DNA of 63,706 nt, the filler included, from Reticulomyxa filosa (taxonomy: Eukaryota; Protista; Foraminifera): the NCBI GenBank assembly GCA_000512085.1. It is 29 parts of 29 records of this genome, joined end to end, with 100 filler letters (N's around TTAATTAATTAA, not from the genome) between each part and the next. Parts side by side here need not be neighbours in the genome. Positions count along the whole stretch, not along the records: positions 35,689 to 40,691 come from ASPP01009530.1; positions 40,792 to 43,061 come from ASPP01025851.1; positions 43,162 to 44,181 come from ASPP01029482.1; positions 44,282 to 45,329 come from ASPP01018544.1; positions 45,430 to 46,429 come from ASPP01033344.1; positions 46,530 to 48,894 come from ASPP01002715.1; positions 48,995 to 50,852 come from ASPP01034458.1; positions 50,953 to 52,552 come from ASPP01024144.1; 21 more parts are not named here. One strand, given 5' to 3'. The translations under genes were made by a program, and so were the position numbers. The first letter of the stretch is position 1; every line of letters begins with the position of its first letter. Below, piece by piece: positions 39,553 to 51,865 of this stretch. Below the pieces are notes generated by a model. That model was not told the origin of the DNA. It saw only the letters and a list, made by a program, of their open reading frames with translations, and did not search any database.

Positions 39553-40600
39553 TCATCCAATACGTCTCTGTGAACGTCTACGTCTCTCAGTACTTTCATT
39601 TCCGCCTCTGTTTCTGCGTCTCTCTTGATTTCTGCTTGAGCTGTTAGCTCTACCTCTGACTCTCCGAGTACTCCTCCGATATCCGCTGCGTTCGGTCCTA
39701 TATCTTCTTTGTCTCTGTGATCGTGATCGTGATCGCGATCGCGATCGTGACCGCGGCCGTGATCGTGATCGATCAGTGTGATTTCGGCGCATTCCACGAA
39801 CGTTAGGAATATAATCTTCATCGTCATCATCATCAGTTTCTCTATGGGATTGTTTCTCTTCATTGCCCTTTGCCTCTTCACGTGGGTTTGTATTTGTTGG
39901 TTCCTATATATATACATATATGTATATACATACATATATGCATATATTTTTATTATTATTATGTGTTTGATTGGGTTGTAAACCTACAAAATTGCATACA
40001 TCAAATATAATATAGGGGTATCCAAAAGTAAAAACAAAACAAAAAAAAAAAACAAATAAACAAATAAAAAAATGTTACTTGTCCATGTGGAATTTGTCGT
40101 TCATTGTTCGATGTGGAGAGATCAATAATGATGAAAGCACTTGGAAGCAATCTTGCAAAGGTGGTGCTGTGTTCATTTATTCTTTGTGTCCCCTCTTGGC
40201 GATCGATAGTAATTTGCAATTGGGAAGCTGTAATATAGTCAGACGACTCGGCACGTCGCTTTTCATAAGCCAAAGTCTCGAGCACTCCGCCTTTGGCGCA
40301 TAAGTCGCGAACGTATTGATTGACTTTGTCTTGCATATCTTTGTTAATCTCTGCGTGCACAATTGCGATTTTGGATAATATCTTTCGACAATGGGGACAA
40401 GACTCGTGCTCCCATAGCCAGCAAATTATACATTCATGACATAACACTTGCTTGCAGCAATACAATGTGATTGGGTGCACGATCAAGTCCGAACAAATCA
40501 TACACGACAACTCGCTTTCCAATTTTGACTTCTCTTTGGACTTGCTTAATGTTTCTGTTTCTTTCTTCTTTTTTTCATTTTCCGTACTTCCGTCTGTTGT
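39553..40600 (-). CDS. RING-finger protein with an RS-dipeptide tail, 5'-truncated
   Basis: CMICSDLIVHPITLYCCKQVLCHECIICWLWEHESCPHCR; the last exon carries RSRSRPRSRSRSRSRSRS. Confidence 0.8.
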
Positions 40601-40791
40601 CTTTTTTTTTTTTTTTTTTACATACACAAAACCATGTTGTTCATATACAATAGTCTTTTTGATGTGATACACAAAATCACTTTTTTTTTTTNNNNNNNNN
40701 NNNNNNNNNNNNNNNNNNNNNNNNNNNNNNNNNNNTTAATTAATTAANNNNNNNNNNNNNNNNNNNNNNNNNNNNNNNNNNNNNNNNNNNN

Positions 40792-41329
40792 TACATTTCC
40801 CAATATTTTATTCCAACTTTATAATGTTTATTTTTATTGCATTCGCTTATTAATGTATTAAATGATGATGCATTTGGTATTATTTTATAATATTTCATTT
40901 CGTTAAATAACTATTCATTTTTTATTTATTTTACAATATTATTATACACAAGTATATATAAACATAAACATATACATATTATACCTCAATAATCTTATAC
41001 AGTTTTGCAATTGACATCATTTCCACATAAATTTCTACATTTAAAATTTTTTGAATTTTACTTTGCTTGTATATTTCCCAACATTTTTTATATTCTCCTA
41101 ATTCTTTACATCTTCTAATACTTAATCGATATATATTTTCATTGGATAGGTTTGATTCTTTTCTCCATTTTCGTAAATTTGCTATTACTTGATCACCACT
41201 TAAACACGTTTGCAAAGCAGAATCAAAGGCTCCTTTTGATAAGTCTTTTTGAAGCGTTAAAGAAGAAAAGCTCCAATTTGTTACACGTAAAGTTGTTTTA
41301 GGAAGTAATGTACGAAGAGCTAGGAACAT
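40792..41329 (-). CDS. Pentatricopeptide-repeat protein with a probable mitochondrial presequence, 3'-truncated
   Basis: MFLALRTLLPKTTLR N-terminus; YRLSIRRCKELGEYKKCWEIYKQ; next exon LFNEMKYYKIIPNASSFNTLISECNK. Confidence 0.75.
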
Positions 41330-41535
41330 GGAAGTGAGTTTATTACGCTATTAATATTATTATTATTATTTTGTAAGTTTTTTGGTCCCTTTTCTCTTTT
41401 CTTTTTATTAATTCTTGGTCATACGAAAAGATTTAAGTATTTGATTTCGAGAGAGAGTTGTTCATGATGTTTTTTTAGAATTAAATTTTTTTAAACAAAC
41501 AAATCATACAAAATAATACTTTTTAAAAAAAAAAA

Positions 41536-42377
41536 TCAAGGGCGAACTAATTTGAAATTAATATCTGGATACCATTGTTTAAGAGATCTCCAAAACATGG
41601 AAGATTTATTACTATTCATGACATAAATCCATTGTTCGCTTTCATTAAATTTAAATACATTCCATGTTACTCTTACCATATCTGTGGCCAAATGTTGTCT
41701 TTGAAAATTCGGAAAAACAACTAATGCCACTTCTTTTTTTTTAAATTTTTTTGTTGTCCAAAAGGTTCATTACAGTCAAATAAAACAATTTGTGATTTAA
41801 TTCGGATTAGTTCATCATGATCTTTTAAATTTTCTTCATTTATTGTATCATTATTTTCATTTGCATTTGGATTTTCATCTTCATTTGGATTTTCATCTTC
41901 ATTTGGTTTTTCTTTTGTTATTACAAATCCAATTAAATATGAATGTATGTCTATGTCAATTCTTTTTGTAATATCTGGATGCCATCCATATCTTTCATAT
42001 ATTACTTCAGAATATTTAGTTAACGTTTCATGATATTTTTTTAAATGTTTCATTAATGTTTCATTCTTTTCATGTATTTGTGTTCCAATAAAAAATATCA
42101 TTTCATTTTTATGATATATCAATTTTACACATTCTTTATTTTCAATATCTATTGTTTCTATTGATTTTGACATATTTATGTCTGCACTCATATCCTCACT
42201 TTCATTTGTATTTATTGATGTTTTGGATTCTTCTTCTTTTTTTGTGCGTTTATATTCTGAGTCAACTGAAGCAGGCAGCCAGTCAAGTACCTTTTCACGC
42301 AAGTTCATTAGAGATTTGGTACGAGAAGCATACATTGGTGGTTTAGTGTCTGATTTTTTGGGGGAAGCGATTGACAT
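41536..42377 (-). CDS. GNAT-like acetyltransferase (frameshift in the A run at 41734-41742)
   Basis: EVALVVFPNFQRQHLATDMV resembles GNAT motif A and is followed by the N..S..FW motif (MNSNKSSMFW); short NPNEDE repeat in the N-terminal half. Confidence 0.55.
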
Positions 42378-44281
42378 GGCGAAAGGGGGGGGAGTAAGTT
42401 TCTCACAAGTTTTTTTTTATGCAAAGACTTAAACAATCTACTTTGCCGAACGAACAAAAAACACTCAAAGCAGTTAGAATTTGCCATAGTCTTTATTTTT
42501 GAATAGTTAAATAGTATTTGGTGTTTCTTTTAGAAAAATATTCGAGAAAAATTCTGGTGTGATATAGCACATATGTATTACAACTGTATGGTGACTGTTG
42601 ATTTGCTGTTTATCAAAACAAGCAAAAAAAAAAAGAGGAAGAAGAACAAATCATATAAAAGCGACAAAGAAAGCAAGTACTTTCTCTTCCCCACTATTGC
42701 TTTTGACAATTGGAGATATTTAGACATATGACAAGTTGATGATCTTTGAGGTGCTCTTTACCACAAGTATGCAAATAGGCCAATGACAAATGTGTTTATG
42801 AAACCAGGGAAGAAGAGGAGTGAATGTGCCGCAACAAGCAACAGCTCCATCAACTGTTGGTAGATCTTGGTGTATTTCCAAATGAATGTTGAACCTGTTT
42901 AACATCCTGCTGCGTCTTCTCTACATTTCCTGGTTGGTCGATCCATCGAGTGTACCGGAGCATATTCGCAACTTGCACTTCACTGGTCTTGAACTTTGCG
43001 GCAATTTCGTTTGCAGGGAGTTTTTCTCTATTGAACGTTCGTTCATTTAAATATTTTTTTTNNNNNNNNNNNNNNNNNNNNNNNNNNNNNNNNNNNNNNN
43101 NNNNNTTAATTAATTAANNNNNNNNNNNNNNNNNNNNNNNNNNNNNNNNNNNNNNNNNNNNTAAGGAACTATGATTATATTTAATTTGCGTTTGTTCATC
43201 ATTGTTTGAAGTGAACATCGAAGTAGGTTTTGATTGGATCATGAATGCATCAGAGCAATTTTTACTTGAAATCACTGTTACAGGCTTTTTGTCTTTTTCA
43301 TGGCCTGGGAACTGAGACTGAACTAAGCCAAATTGTTCAAGTCTTTGATAAGTATTTGTAGAGACACGTTCCAGTCTTTTCAATTTCAGCATGTGAATTG
43401 TTTTGAATATCTAGGGTAAGCCTTTATTATACAAGTTCAAGTAAAGGAAACCTTCTTACCAACACAACTCACTTTGTTTTAGTTTCTTTCATTGTGTTGT
43501 AATTATTTTCGTTAATTCACTTTCCTTTTCCTTAAAAAAAATCACCATCTATTATTTGATAATATATTGCTAACAGTAATATAGTTTGGACGATTTTGGC
43601 GATGTAAATCCTCAATGGATATAAAGTGTCCAGAGTTGTTTACATTGCTTTTTGTAAGTTTTTCTTAGAGAAGGAATTGATTTTGAGGTTATAATCTTAC
43701 CTCTTTACCAAGTGGTACTGTTTTAAAAGTCATTTGCACCAGAACAAATGATCGGAAAAAAAAAAATGTTAATGTCTCATGATCTATTAGAAAGAAAAGT
43801 GCTCGATTTTATTTCCTTTTAGCCAAGAAAAGCATTACAAAAGTTTTTTTTTATTACTGTTCCCCTTCCCTTTTTTTTAATTTTTTATTTTTTAAGTATA
43901 ACATGTTTGATCAGGGTACGATGGATCTCGTCTGTCTTTGAAACTAATCCAAAATCAATACATTTCTGATACTACTTTTAATAAAAAGCAAGTAAATCAT
44001 TATATCTATTAATGATAAATACTTCATCATCATCCTTTTTCTTCTTCTTCGACGAACAACTGTCTTGAGTTGTCAAAGTGTTAAACTCATGAACAGCACT
44101 AAAGTAGCCATATTCATAATACAGCTATGCGAAAAGAGAGTTTCCAATCTTTCAATTCGGTTTTATTTCCTTGCACAATGTNNNNNNNNNNNNNNNNNNN
44201 NNNNNNNNNNNNNNNNNNNNNNNNNTTAATTAATTAANNNNNNNNNNNNNNNNNNNNNNNNNNNNNNNNNNNNNNNNNNNN

Positions 44282-45329
44282 CATTAGCCGACGTTGCCGA
44301 AGACTACGGTGATGCCCGGCGTGCAGCGTTGATGTTTCTCAGTGAGCGTGACAGCAGCCGCTGGCCGGCCATGTCGCACACTTTCCGCCAAGAAGTCGCG
44401 GCAACCCAGGCGGGGCTGGACCGCTACCTGGCCATGACCCGTGACGCCGCCGAGCAGCAGCGTATCCAGGCTGCCAAAGCCGATATGGGGCGTTACGAGT
44501 CGGCGGTGTTGCAGGCGTTTGCTTACCAGGAGCAAGGCGATCTGCAACGGGTGCAGCAGATAGTCCATGCCATCCGTCCGGTGGGTAATCAGCTCACTGC
44601 CTTCACCAAGGCCCTTAAGGCGGCCAATCTGGAAAAGATCAATCAGCACAACGGCAGCTTGTTTGCCGCGATCGACCTCGCCGTGCAGTGGAGTGGTGTC
44701 ATTGTGGCGTTCTGCTTGCTATTGCTGCTGGTTTGCGCTGTGCTGCTGGGCCGCAGCATCAGCCGGCCTTTGCTATTGATGCGGCAGGCGGTGCGTCACG
44801 TTGGCGACAATCTCGATCTGGGCCACCGCGCCAGCCATCCGGCCCGGGACGAAGTGGGCGAAGTATTCACCTCTTTCCATGGCCTGCTGGATGTGTTGGG
44901 TGCCAATCTGCGCGACATGCAGCAAGTGGGCGTCAGCATAGGCGGTACCGCCGGCCAGCTGAAGGTTTCCTCGCAAAGCCTGTACGAAAAGGCCAGCGCT
45001 ACCAGCCAGGCCAGCACCAGCATGGCCGCCACGGTGGAAGAAGTGGCGGCCAGTATCCGCCTGGTGGCCGAGCACGCGCAGGGCGTGGACGGTGTGGCGC
45101 AGCGTGCGGGTGAGGAGGCGCAGCAGGGCAGCATGGTGATCGAGGAAACCATTGTCTGCATCAACGACATGGCGGCGCAGGTGCACCAGACCGCCGGTGA
45201 CCTGCAACGCCTGCAGGGCAGTACCGAGCAGATCAACCATGCAGTGGCCATGATCCAGGACATTGCCGACCAGACCAACCTGTTGGCGCTGAATGCGGCC
45301 ATTGAAGCTGCACGTGCCGGAGAGAGCGG
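44282..45329 (+). CDS. Bacterial methyl-accepting chemotaxis protein, internal fragment
   Basis: Helical sensor region, TM segment, HAMP (SISRPLL..RDEVGEV) and the signalling hairpin IADQTNLLALNAAIEAARAGES. Confidence 0.95.
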
Positions 45330-46841
45330 NNNNNNNNNNNNNNNNNNNNNNNNNNNNNNNNNNNNNNNNNNNNTTAATTAATTAANNNNNNNNNNNNNNN
45401 NNNNNNNNNNNNNNNNNNNNNNNNNNNNNCGATTGAGTTTCACTTGCTCATTGCAGTTCGACACAATCTTTGTGAACAATTGTTGGTATGGCAAAGCACA
45501 GAAACTTGTGTCCACATACGTTGATGACAAACAAGTTCTTTGACGACTTTGGTATGGAAGAACGCAAAGTCAATAAAGCCGGCCGACTGATTGTTGTTTT
45601 TTTTTCCTTTTAAACAAATCATTGTCATCCTAATCATCTTTCTCTTTCTTGTCCTGTGATTGTCGAACTAAATTGAACCACTCTTGAATCATAATGTCCA
45701 AAGTCTTCTTTCTTTCTTATTGGTGAGCTTTCTTTCATATTTGGCGGCACCATTGTCTGCGATTGATATGATAGAATCTTGCCAACTGTTCCAACTACAT
45801 ATCGTGCTATTTTCCAACTACAAGCTCATCTTCTCTTGTCTCCGTTGTGATGAGAACTACTTTGGCCTGATGCAATGAGTGACTGACAATTTCCATATTC
45901 CTTTTTACTATTAGACTTAGATCGCATTTCGACTCTATCTTTGATGCTTTGCCAAGCCAAGAGTTCTCTGCAACTTTTGCTCACCTAAGTTGATGGCAAG
46001 CATTCTAATGTTTGTCCAATTGCCAGACATTTCCAAACTCATATGTAGTTTCAATTGGGGCGCGATGTGTGAAATTTGTCCAAGTCTGCAAGTGGCGGAT
46101 TTGCGTGTTTCCGGACATAAAGATCATTTCACCAAATTTAACTAAGACGGCGTGCTTGTTGTTTTTTTTCTTTCAAACATAACGTGATACTTACTTGTTT
46201 TTTTCTTTTTTTTCGCTTTTTTATTTTTTTTTCTCTTTTGCATTTTTTTTAATCTTTTTTTATTTTATTTTTCTTTTAAATTTTTCAACACTTTATTTTA
46301 TTTTCAATATTTTTTTCATTTTTTTCCATTCATTTTTATTTTCTTTAATTTTCTTAAATAAAAATTTTTCAAAATAATTTTCCCACTTCATTTCTACTTT
46401 TTCCCCATTTGTTTTCCCCTTTATTTTCCNNNNNNNNNNNNNNNNNNNNNNNNNNNNNNNNNNNNNNNNNNNNTTAATTAATTAANNNNNNNNNNNNNNN
46501 NNNNNNNNNNNNNNNNNNNNNNNNNNNNNTTTTTTTTTTTATTAAAATAACGTTGTTAGTTTTTTTGAAACTTGTAAAATATTATTTCACATTATCACTT
46601 TTTTAATTTCTTTTCATCTTTAAAGAATGCTACCAAAACCATTGTCTAGGCTGTGCCATTAAGTACGTCACAATCTGTATTTCTTAAACATCAATACAAA
46701 TAACTAATTAACGTGTTACTGGTAATTAAATAAAAAAATAGTTAAATCAAACAATTTTTAGAAAAAGTAGAAACAGTAATCTAATTTCTCTAATTTACTA
46801 AAGTTCAATGATAGTTATACAAACGTTCAAAAAAAAAAAAA

Positions 46842-48119
46842 ATGGCAGAAATTAGCGACACAGCAAAAGAGGACAAAATATACGAAATAATAAATAAAGG
46901 AAATGGCAAAATAATATATTGTCCTTGCAATGCAAAAGAGAAGAAAAATGTACAAATAATATCTCCTAACGAAAGACTACCAACTCAACCAAAGGACAGT
47001 ATTCGAGTTGTAGCCCTAGGCTGCACACACGATGAGCATCAACAAGTGTGGCTGCCTCCAGGAGATATATTAATTCACAGTGGTGATATATGCAGATGGT
47101 CAAGACCAAATGAAAAAGTATATGGGTATAAATGGCGTGAGAAAAGTGATAAGGTTTGGTATGATTTCATAACGAGATATTTATTATATTACAACGATAA
47201 ATATTATTACAAATATGGCATTTATGTGATCCCAGGAAATCATGATAGCTATTTGTATGAAGATGACAGAAACTTTTTTAGGATTCAATCATTGTTGAAG
47301 AGGACATTTGAAAGAGATAGAAAGAATGACCACAATAGCCATCATCATAAGACACCACCCACCAAAGCATATCTTTGCTATGATAAATTAATTACATTGT
47401 CAATACCAAGCCAATCAAATTCAAACAAAATTCTTCGTATATTTGCATCCCCCATTTCTTGGTTTCGAGGAAAACCGAGCAACGCGTTTCAAGTGCATAG
47501 ACACGAGCAAATCGATGACTATCCCAATATCGATTTATGGAAAATGGATAAAAGACCACACAACATGAAATGGACTGTCAAAGATTATATTCACAAATAC
47601 TTTCCTTTGCAAAAGTATTTTTTGTTTGTATATTATTATTTGGTAAATATTCATATACACATATATATATATAGACCAATTGATATTTTAATAACACATG
47701 GACCATGCCACAATTATGGCGATTCTGTCGATCATCGATTGGGGTCTGTTATTGGAAGTAAGGATCTATATCAGTATATTACACATAATAAAATTAAGTT
47801 TCATGTTTGCAGTGACTATCACGGAGATGACAATATTGCTGACTTTGGCTACGGAGTCAAATTTCTGTCGTTAGAATCCTCATCCAAGTACACATCCACC
47901 ACAGAAGAAGAAGAAGCTAAGGCTTGCAACGATAAAACTGACTCCTCAATGCCTCCCACTCAGGAAGCCAACACACATACTCAAAGTCATTGTATTGTTA
48001 TGAATGTTGCTATTTCACATTGTCCAGCAAAGCAATTGGATGTCGTCAAGCGAGGTGTAACTATTTTTGATATTGACATAAAATCTCTTTCTGACGACAT
48101 CTCTCCAAACAAAAAATAA
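46842..48119 (+). CDS. Calcineurin-like metallophosphoesterase (MPPED-like) with altered motifs; probable in-frame intron 47615-47674
   Basis: IRVVALGCTH, GDILIHSGD, VIPGNHD, DILITHGP, GSKDL, HVCSDYHG. Confidence 0.85.
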   Translation: MAEISDTAKEDKIYEIINKGNGKIIYCPCNAKEKKNVQIISPNERLPTQPKDSIRVVALGCTHDEHQQVWLPPGDILIHSGDICRWSRPNEKVYGYKWREKSDKVWYDFITRYLLYYNDKYYYKYGIYVIPGNHDSYLYEDDRNFFRIQSLLKRTFERDRKNDHNSHHHKTPPTKAYLCYDKLITLSIPSQSNSNKILRIFASPISWFRGKPSNAFQVHRHEQIDDYPNIDLWKMDKRPHNMKWTVKDYIHKYFPLQKYFLFVYYYLVNIHIHIYIYRPIDILITHGPCHNYGDSVDHRLGSVIGSKDLYQYITHNKIKFHVCSDYHGDDNIADFGYGVKFLSLESSSKYTSTTEEEEAKACNDKTDSSMPPTQEANTHTQSHCIVMNVAISHCPAKQLDVVKRGVTIFDIDIKSLSDDISPNKK

Positions 48120-48738
48120 TTCAGATCTATTAATAAATTAAAAAAATTATCGAATTTTTTTTCTCACTAAATTAATTTTTTTTAATCATATGCGTTAGTA
48201 ATCTTGTTATTACTACTGCTTTCGTACTTAAATAAAACCATCTAATGAATTAATGATATTCTAAGTTTGAACAAAATGAACTATTGAACCAAATATTGAT
48301 TAAACTTTGTTAACGAGACAGCAAAGCTTTTTGCTTTGTTTTGACGTTTTCTTTGTTATATTGTCTACTTATTTAATCTAAATTTAAGTTTTTTTAACTT
48401 TGTCAACGTTGTTCTAAGTTAATTTTTTCTTATTATGATAAGTCTTTTTAATATTTTTTAATTAAAAAAATTTATAAACTTTCATGTTTGATATTAATTA
48501 TTCATATATTCGTTATAAATTATAAAAGTATTTCAAATATTTTTTTTTAACAACTTAAATTATTAAAAATTTTTTTAAAATAAAAAAAATAAAAATTATA
48601 ATATTTTGAGGCCTCAGCAGGAGGGTCTTAAACAATTACAATCTTCAACAGTAGTTTGGATGTAGCGCCCGTACAACTTTGAGTTAGTAATTTGATCCAT
48701 AATGTTGTTAAAAAAAAAAGTTTAATTTATAATTAAAC

Positions 48739-48894
48739 TACAGTATGTTGCAAAGAAAATTGAACGCCTAAAACATATCTTATGATGATAATTGATTTTA
48801 TCAATGAAAAATCAACATTCAGACCTAATTTTTTTTTTAAGAAATATCTGCAAGTCTTGTAGTTTTTAAATATGATATTGATTTTTTAATAACT
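48739..48894 (+). mobile_element. TA-CAGT MITE copy running into a contig end
   Basis: TACAGTATGTTGCAAAGAAAATTGAACGCCTAAAACATATC...ATGAAAAATCAACATTCAGACCTAATTTTTT...TCTTGTAGTTTTTAAATAT. Confidence 0.7.
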
Positions 48895-48994
48895 NNNNNN
48901 NNNNNNNNNNNNNNNNNNNNNNNNNNNNNNNNNNNNNNTTAATTAATTAANNNNNNNNNNNNNNNNNNNNNNNNNNNNNNNNNNNNNNNNNNNN

Positions 48995-49135
48995 AGTATG
49001 ATAGGAATAACAGTCGTTAGTTTCAAAGCCTCCACAAATAAGGAGTTCATCCTTGAGCAAAAGACATTGTGAATTTGTGAATTGCTTGGGTAATTCAGGC
49101 AAAGTTTGAAAGATGTTGTTAAGCTGAGCAGACAT
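48995..49135 (-). CDS. Kelch-like repeat protein of an expanded family, N-terminal fragment
   Basis: MSAQLNNIFQTLPELPKQFTNSQCLLLKDELLICGGFETNDCYSYHT. Confidence 0.72.
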
Positions 49136-50952
49136 ATCAGAGTTGCTTTTTTTTTTTTTTGAAGTGAGTATTTGGATATGACAAGTCAACAATCTGCTTA
49201 AAATGAAAGACAAATTTCAACGCAGCCAGAATTGGTAACTTCATTCTAGTTTTCACAAAATCTATTTTATTGAATAAAAATGATTATGGTTGTGATATTA
49301 GTTTATGTTATGGTTTAGTACATTATGTTCGTATTTGGAGATAGTATCTTTTTTTTTATTGATGTGCTTTGAGGAATATCACTACATTTTGTTTTATTTA
49401 TAACAAGATCTGAAGTATGTGTGTATTTATCTCCCAAGTGTGAGATGTTTTTTAAAGTACAAATTGCATTTAGATTAATATTAATTGTATCAGTCAAATG
49501 TTGATTTTGAAGTAAATTAATTCAAAGGCAATTCAATTGTGCAAATTAAATCTCCCTTTTAGATTTTTTAAAGCTCTAATTTCAAAAAAAAAAACCACTC
49601 CAAATTCTAAAATGAAAAACCGGAGAAACAAATTTTATCCATGTCTTTTCAAAAAAAAAAAAAATTATTAATTGTGTTCATCCCAAACGCAAATGAGATT
49701 GCCTGAGCCATAAAATAAATAGAGCCATCTAACGTTTGCTCATTGTTCTTTCCTTTCTTTTGCAATGATACAAATTTAAGACGTCTTATTTCATTTAATG
49801 CAACAATCATCCATTGAATCGCTGGAAACAATAAAAAAATCATCCAGCTAATGCTTACAACAACCAAATCTATTTATCTCAAGCAATACAATAAACTTTT
49901 TTTTTAGCCAGCCCCTCAGCTTAAACAAGACTCATTTGTAACTTTGATATGTACTGGCATTTGAAACTTATTGGAAATGCTTGATGTAAATAAATTTAAC
50001 ATACCAAATTGGCAATGTTCAAAATGTATATTATTCAAAGATTTTTTAAACAAATTAAAAAGGTCAAACAAACAATTTTCGTACTTTAACATTTCTTTTT
50101 TGCGATTCATGAAAAAAGAAGAAAATTTTTTATAAAGTTTGGTTGGCTAAATTTTTCAAAAAAAATTTTAAAAAGCTGAAAATAGATTTATTGGGACACA
50201 AAAGAAAACAAGCTGTTTTAACCAAAAAGAGAAGCATTCTGGGGGATTCACCTTTTTGGTTTTCAGGCGTTCTTAAAACTACAAAAATTAAAATTTTTTT
50301 AAAAATTCCTTTTCTTCATTGAAAAGAAATCACATGTATTGTTAACTCCGTTTTGCATATTGGACCTCCTTCATCGTTCTTGACAGAAAAAAAGCTCAAA
50401 AAAAACATATCATATCTTTCGAATGATAGTTTCTAATTATAAATTAACTCTGGACACTATTTATTTGAATTCCTTTAAAAGTCAAAAAAGGTCAATTATT
50501 TACGCAGTAACACTTATGAAGAAAGTAAGTTAAATCATATTGCAGTACTCAACAATGATTATGCAAATCGAAATTTTACATTTTATACTATCTTTTTTTA
50601 CAAAATTTTTGCTATGTTTATGTCGACTTTATTGAACTAAATTACCAAAAATTTGGGGACATTTAAATATTTTGGAGTAAGGACAAAAATATTGTTTGAT
50701 AATTGGGACAAAATAATGATGTGGTGAATTTTTATTTCACCGGTGATACCTAGAGATACTGCAATACTAGGATCACCACTTCCACTAGCCCAAACAAATC
50801 GAAATTCGTTTGAGTTGTAAATCTACAAAAGAGCAAGCCCTTTTGTATGTAGNNNNNNNNNNNNNNNNNNNNNNNNNNNNNNNNNNNNNNNNNNNNTTAA
50901 TTAATTAANNNNNNNNNNNNNNNNNNNNNNNNNNNNNNNNNNNNNNNNNNNN

Positions 50953-51361
50953 TACCCATGCCTGGGTCTTCGAGGGCGTGAAGGACGAGTTGTTCGGCGG
51001 TTACGGCTTCTCCGGCGGCGGCGCGGCGGGCTTCGAACTCGACCGGCTCGACCATCGCCTCGGCAGCCCGCTCAACGCCGTGGTGCTGGCTTCGTCGGAA
51101 GGCCACGACAGAAAGAACTTCGTTGTCGTGCACGAGGAGCGGCTGGGCTTCACCACGACCATTCCCGGCCAGACGCTGGAGCAGCTCATCCGCGCCGACA
51201 TGACCTATATCGAGAAGCCCAAGGGAGGCGCGGTCTTCTCGGTGGGCTCGATCACTTATTGCGGCAGCCTGCCGCACAATAAATTCGACAACGACGTGTC
51301 GCGGCTCACCTTCAACGTGCTGAACCGCTTCGGGGAACTCGGCCTCAAATGGCCTTTTTGA
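50953..51361 (+). CDS. Bacterial N,N-dimethylformamidase large (beta) subunit family protein, C-terminal fragment
   Basis: WVFEGV..FGGYGFSGGGAAGFELDR..GSPLNAVVLASS..IRADMTY..GGAVFSVGSITYCGSL..DNDVSRLTFNVLNRF. Confidence 0.85.
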
Positions 51362-51830
51362 CCTCGGGCGTCAGCCGCGCGAGCAGCCCTCGCGTGGCGG
51401 CCTCGATCATGCCGATGGCCCGTTCGTAATCGTCGGCCGTGCCGCCGAACGGGTCAGGAATGTCGGAGATGCCCAGCGGCGGGGCGTAGCTCATCAGGAG
51501 CTGCGGCTTGCCGGCGAGATCCCGCGGCGCCAGCCAGCGCATCTCGACGAGATGGCCGCGGGTCATCGCCAGCACGTGATCGAAGTGCTCGATATCCTTG
51601 CCCGTGATCTGGCGGGCGCGGATGCCGGTGATGTCGTAACCGCGTGCCGCCGCGGCATCGATGGCAGGCTTCGTCGGAGGCTGCCCGACATGGCTGGCGC
51701 CGGTACCGGCCGAATCGATCTCAAAGGCGTCGGCGAGTCCCGCCCTCGTGGCCAGCGAGCGGAACACGCCCTCGGCCGTGGGCGAACGGCAGAGATTGGC
51801 GGTGCAGACGAACAGGATGCCGATGGTCAT
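51345..51830 (-). CDS. Low-molecular-weight protein-tyrosine phosphatase
   Basis: ILFVCTANLCRSPTAEG (CX5R), DSAGT, RARQI, DIPDPFGG. Its 3' end overlaps the convergent dimethylformamidase gene. Confidence 0.93.
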   Translation of the reverse strand: MTIGILFVCTANLCRSPTAEGVFRSLATRAGLADAFEIDSAGTGASHVGQPPTKPAIDAAAARGYDITGIRARQITGKDIEHFDHVLAMTRGHLVEMRWLAPRDLAGKPQLLMSYAPPLGISDIPDPFGGTADDYERAIGMIEAATRGLLARLTPEVKKAI

Positions 51831-51865
51831 GGTCGCGGACCCTAGCACGGCGCTAGATTGGCGGC
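51831..51865. promoter_or_regulatory. Putative back-to-back (near-)leaderless promoters between LMW-PTP and cobB
   Basis: 35-bp gap with no Shine-Dalgarno. Plus strand: GC-TAGATT with the T exactly 12 nt before the cobB ATG. Minus strand: GC-TAGGGT with the T 14 nt before the PTP ATG. Confidence 0.5.

Noticed and set aside
45430-46170. Degenerate coding-like sequence (also 42720-43050, 43162-44181, 49650-50110, 58960-59878, 60000-60390)
   Set aside because: Looks like gene relics but is interrupted by stops or too short, with no motif I can assign; needs translated searches.
48608-48700. GC-richer patch as a possible ncRNA or 28-aa ORF
   Set aside because: No tRNA, snRNA or rRNA hallmarks and no supporting structure.
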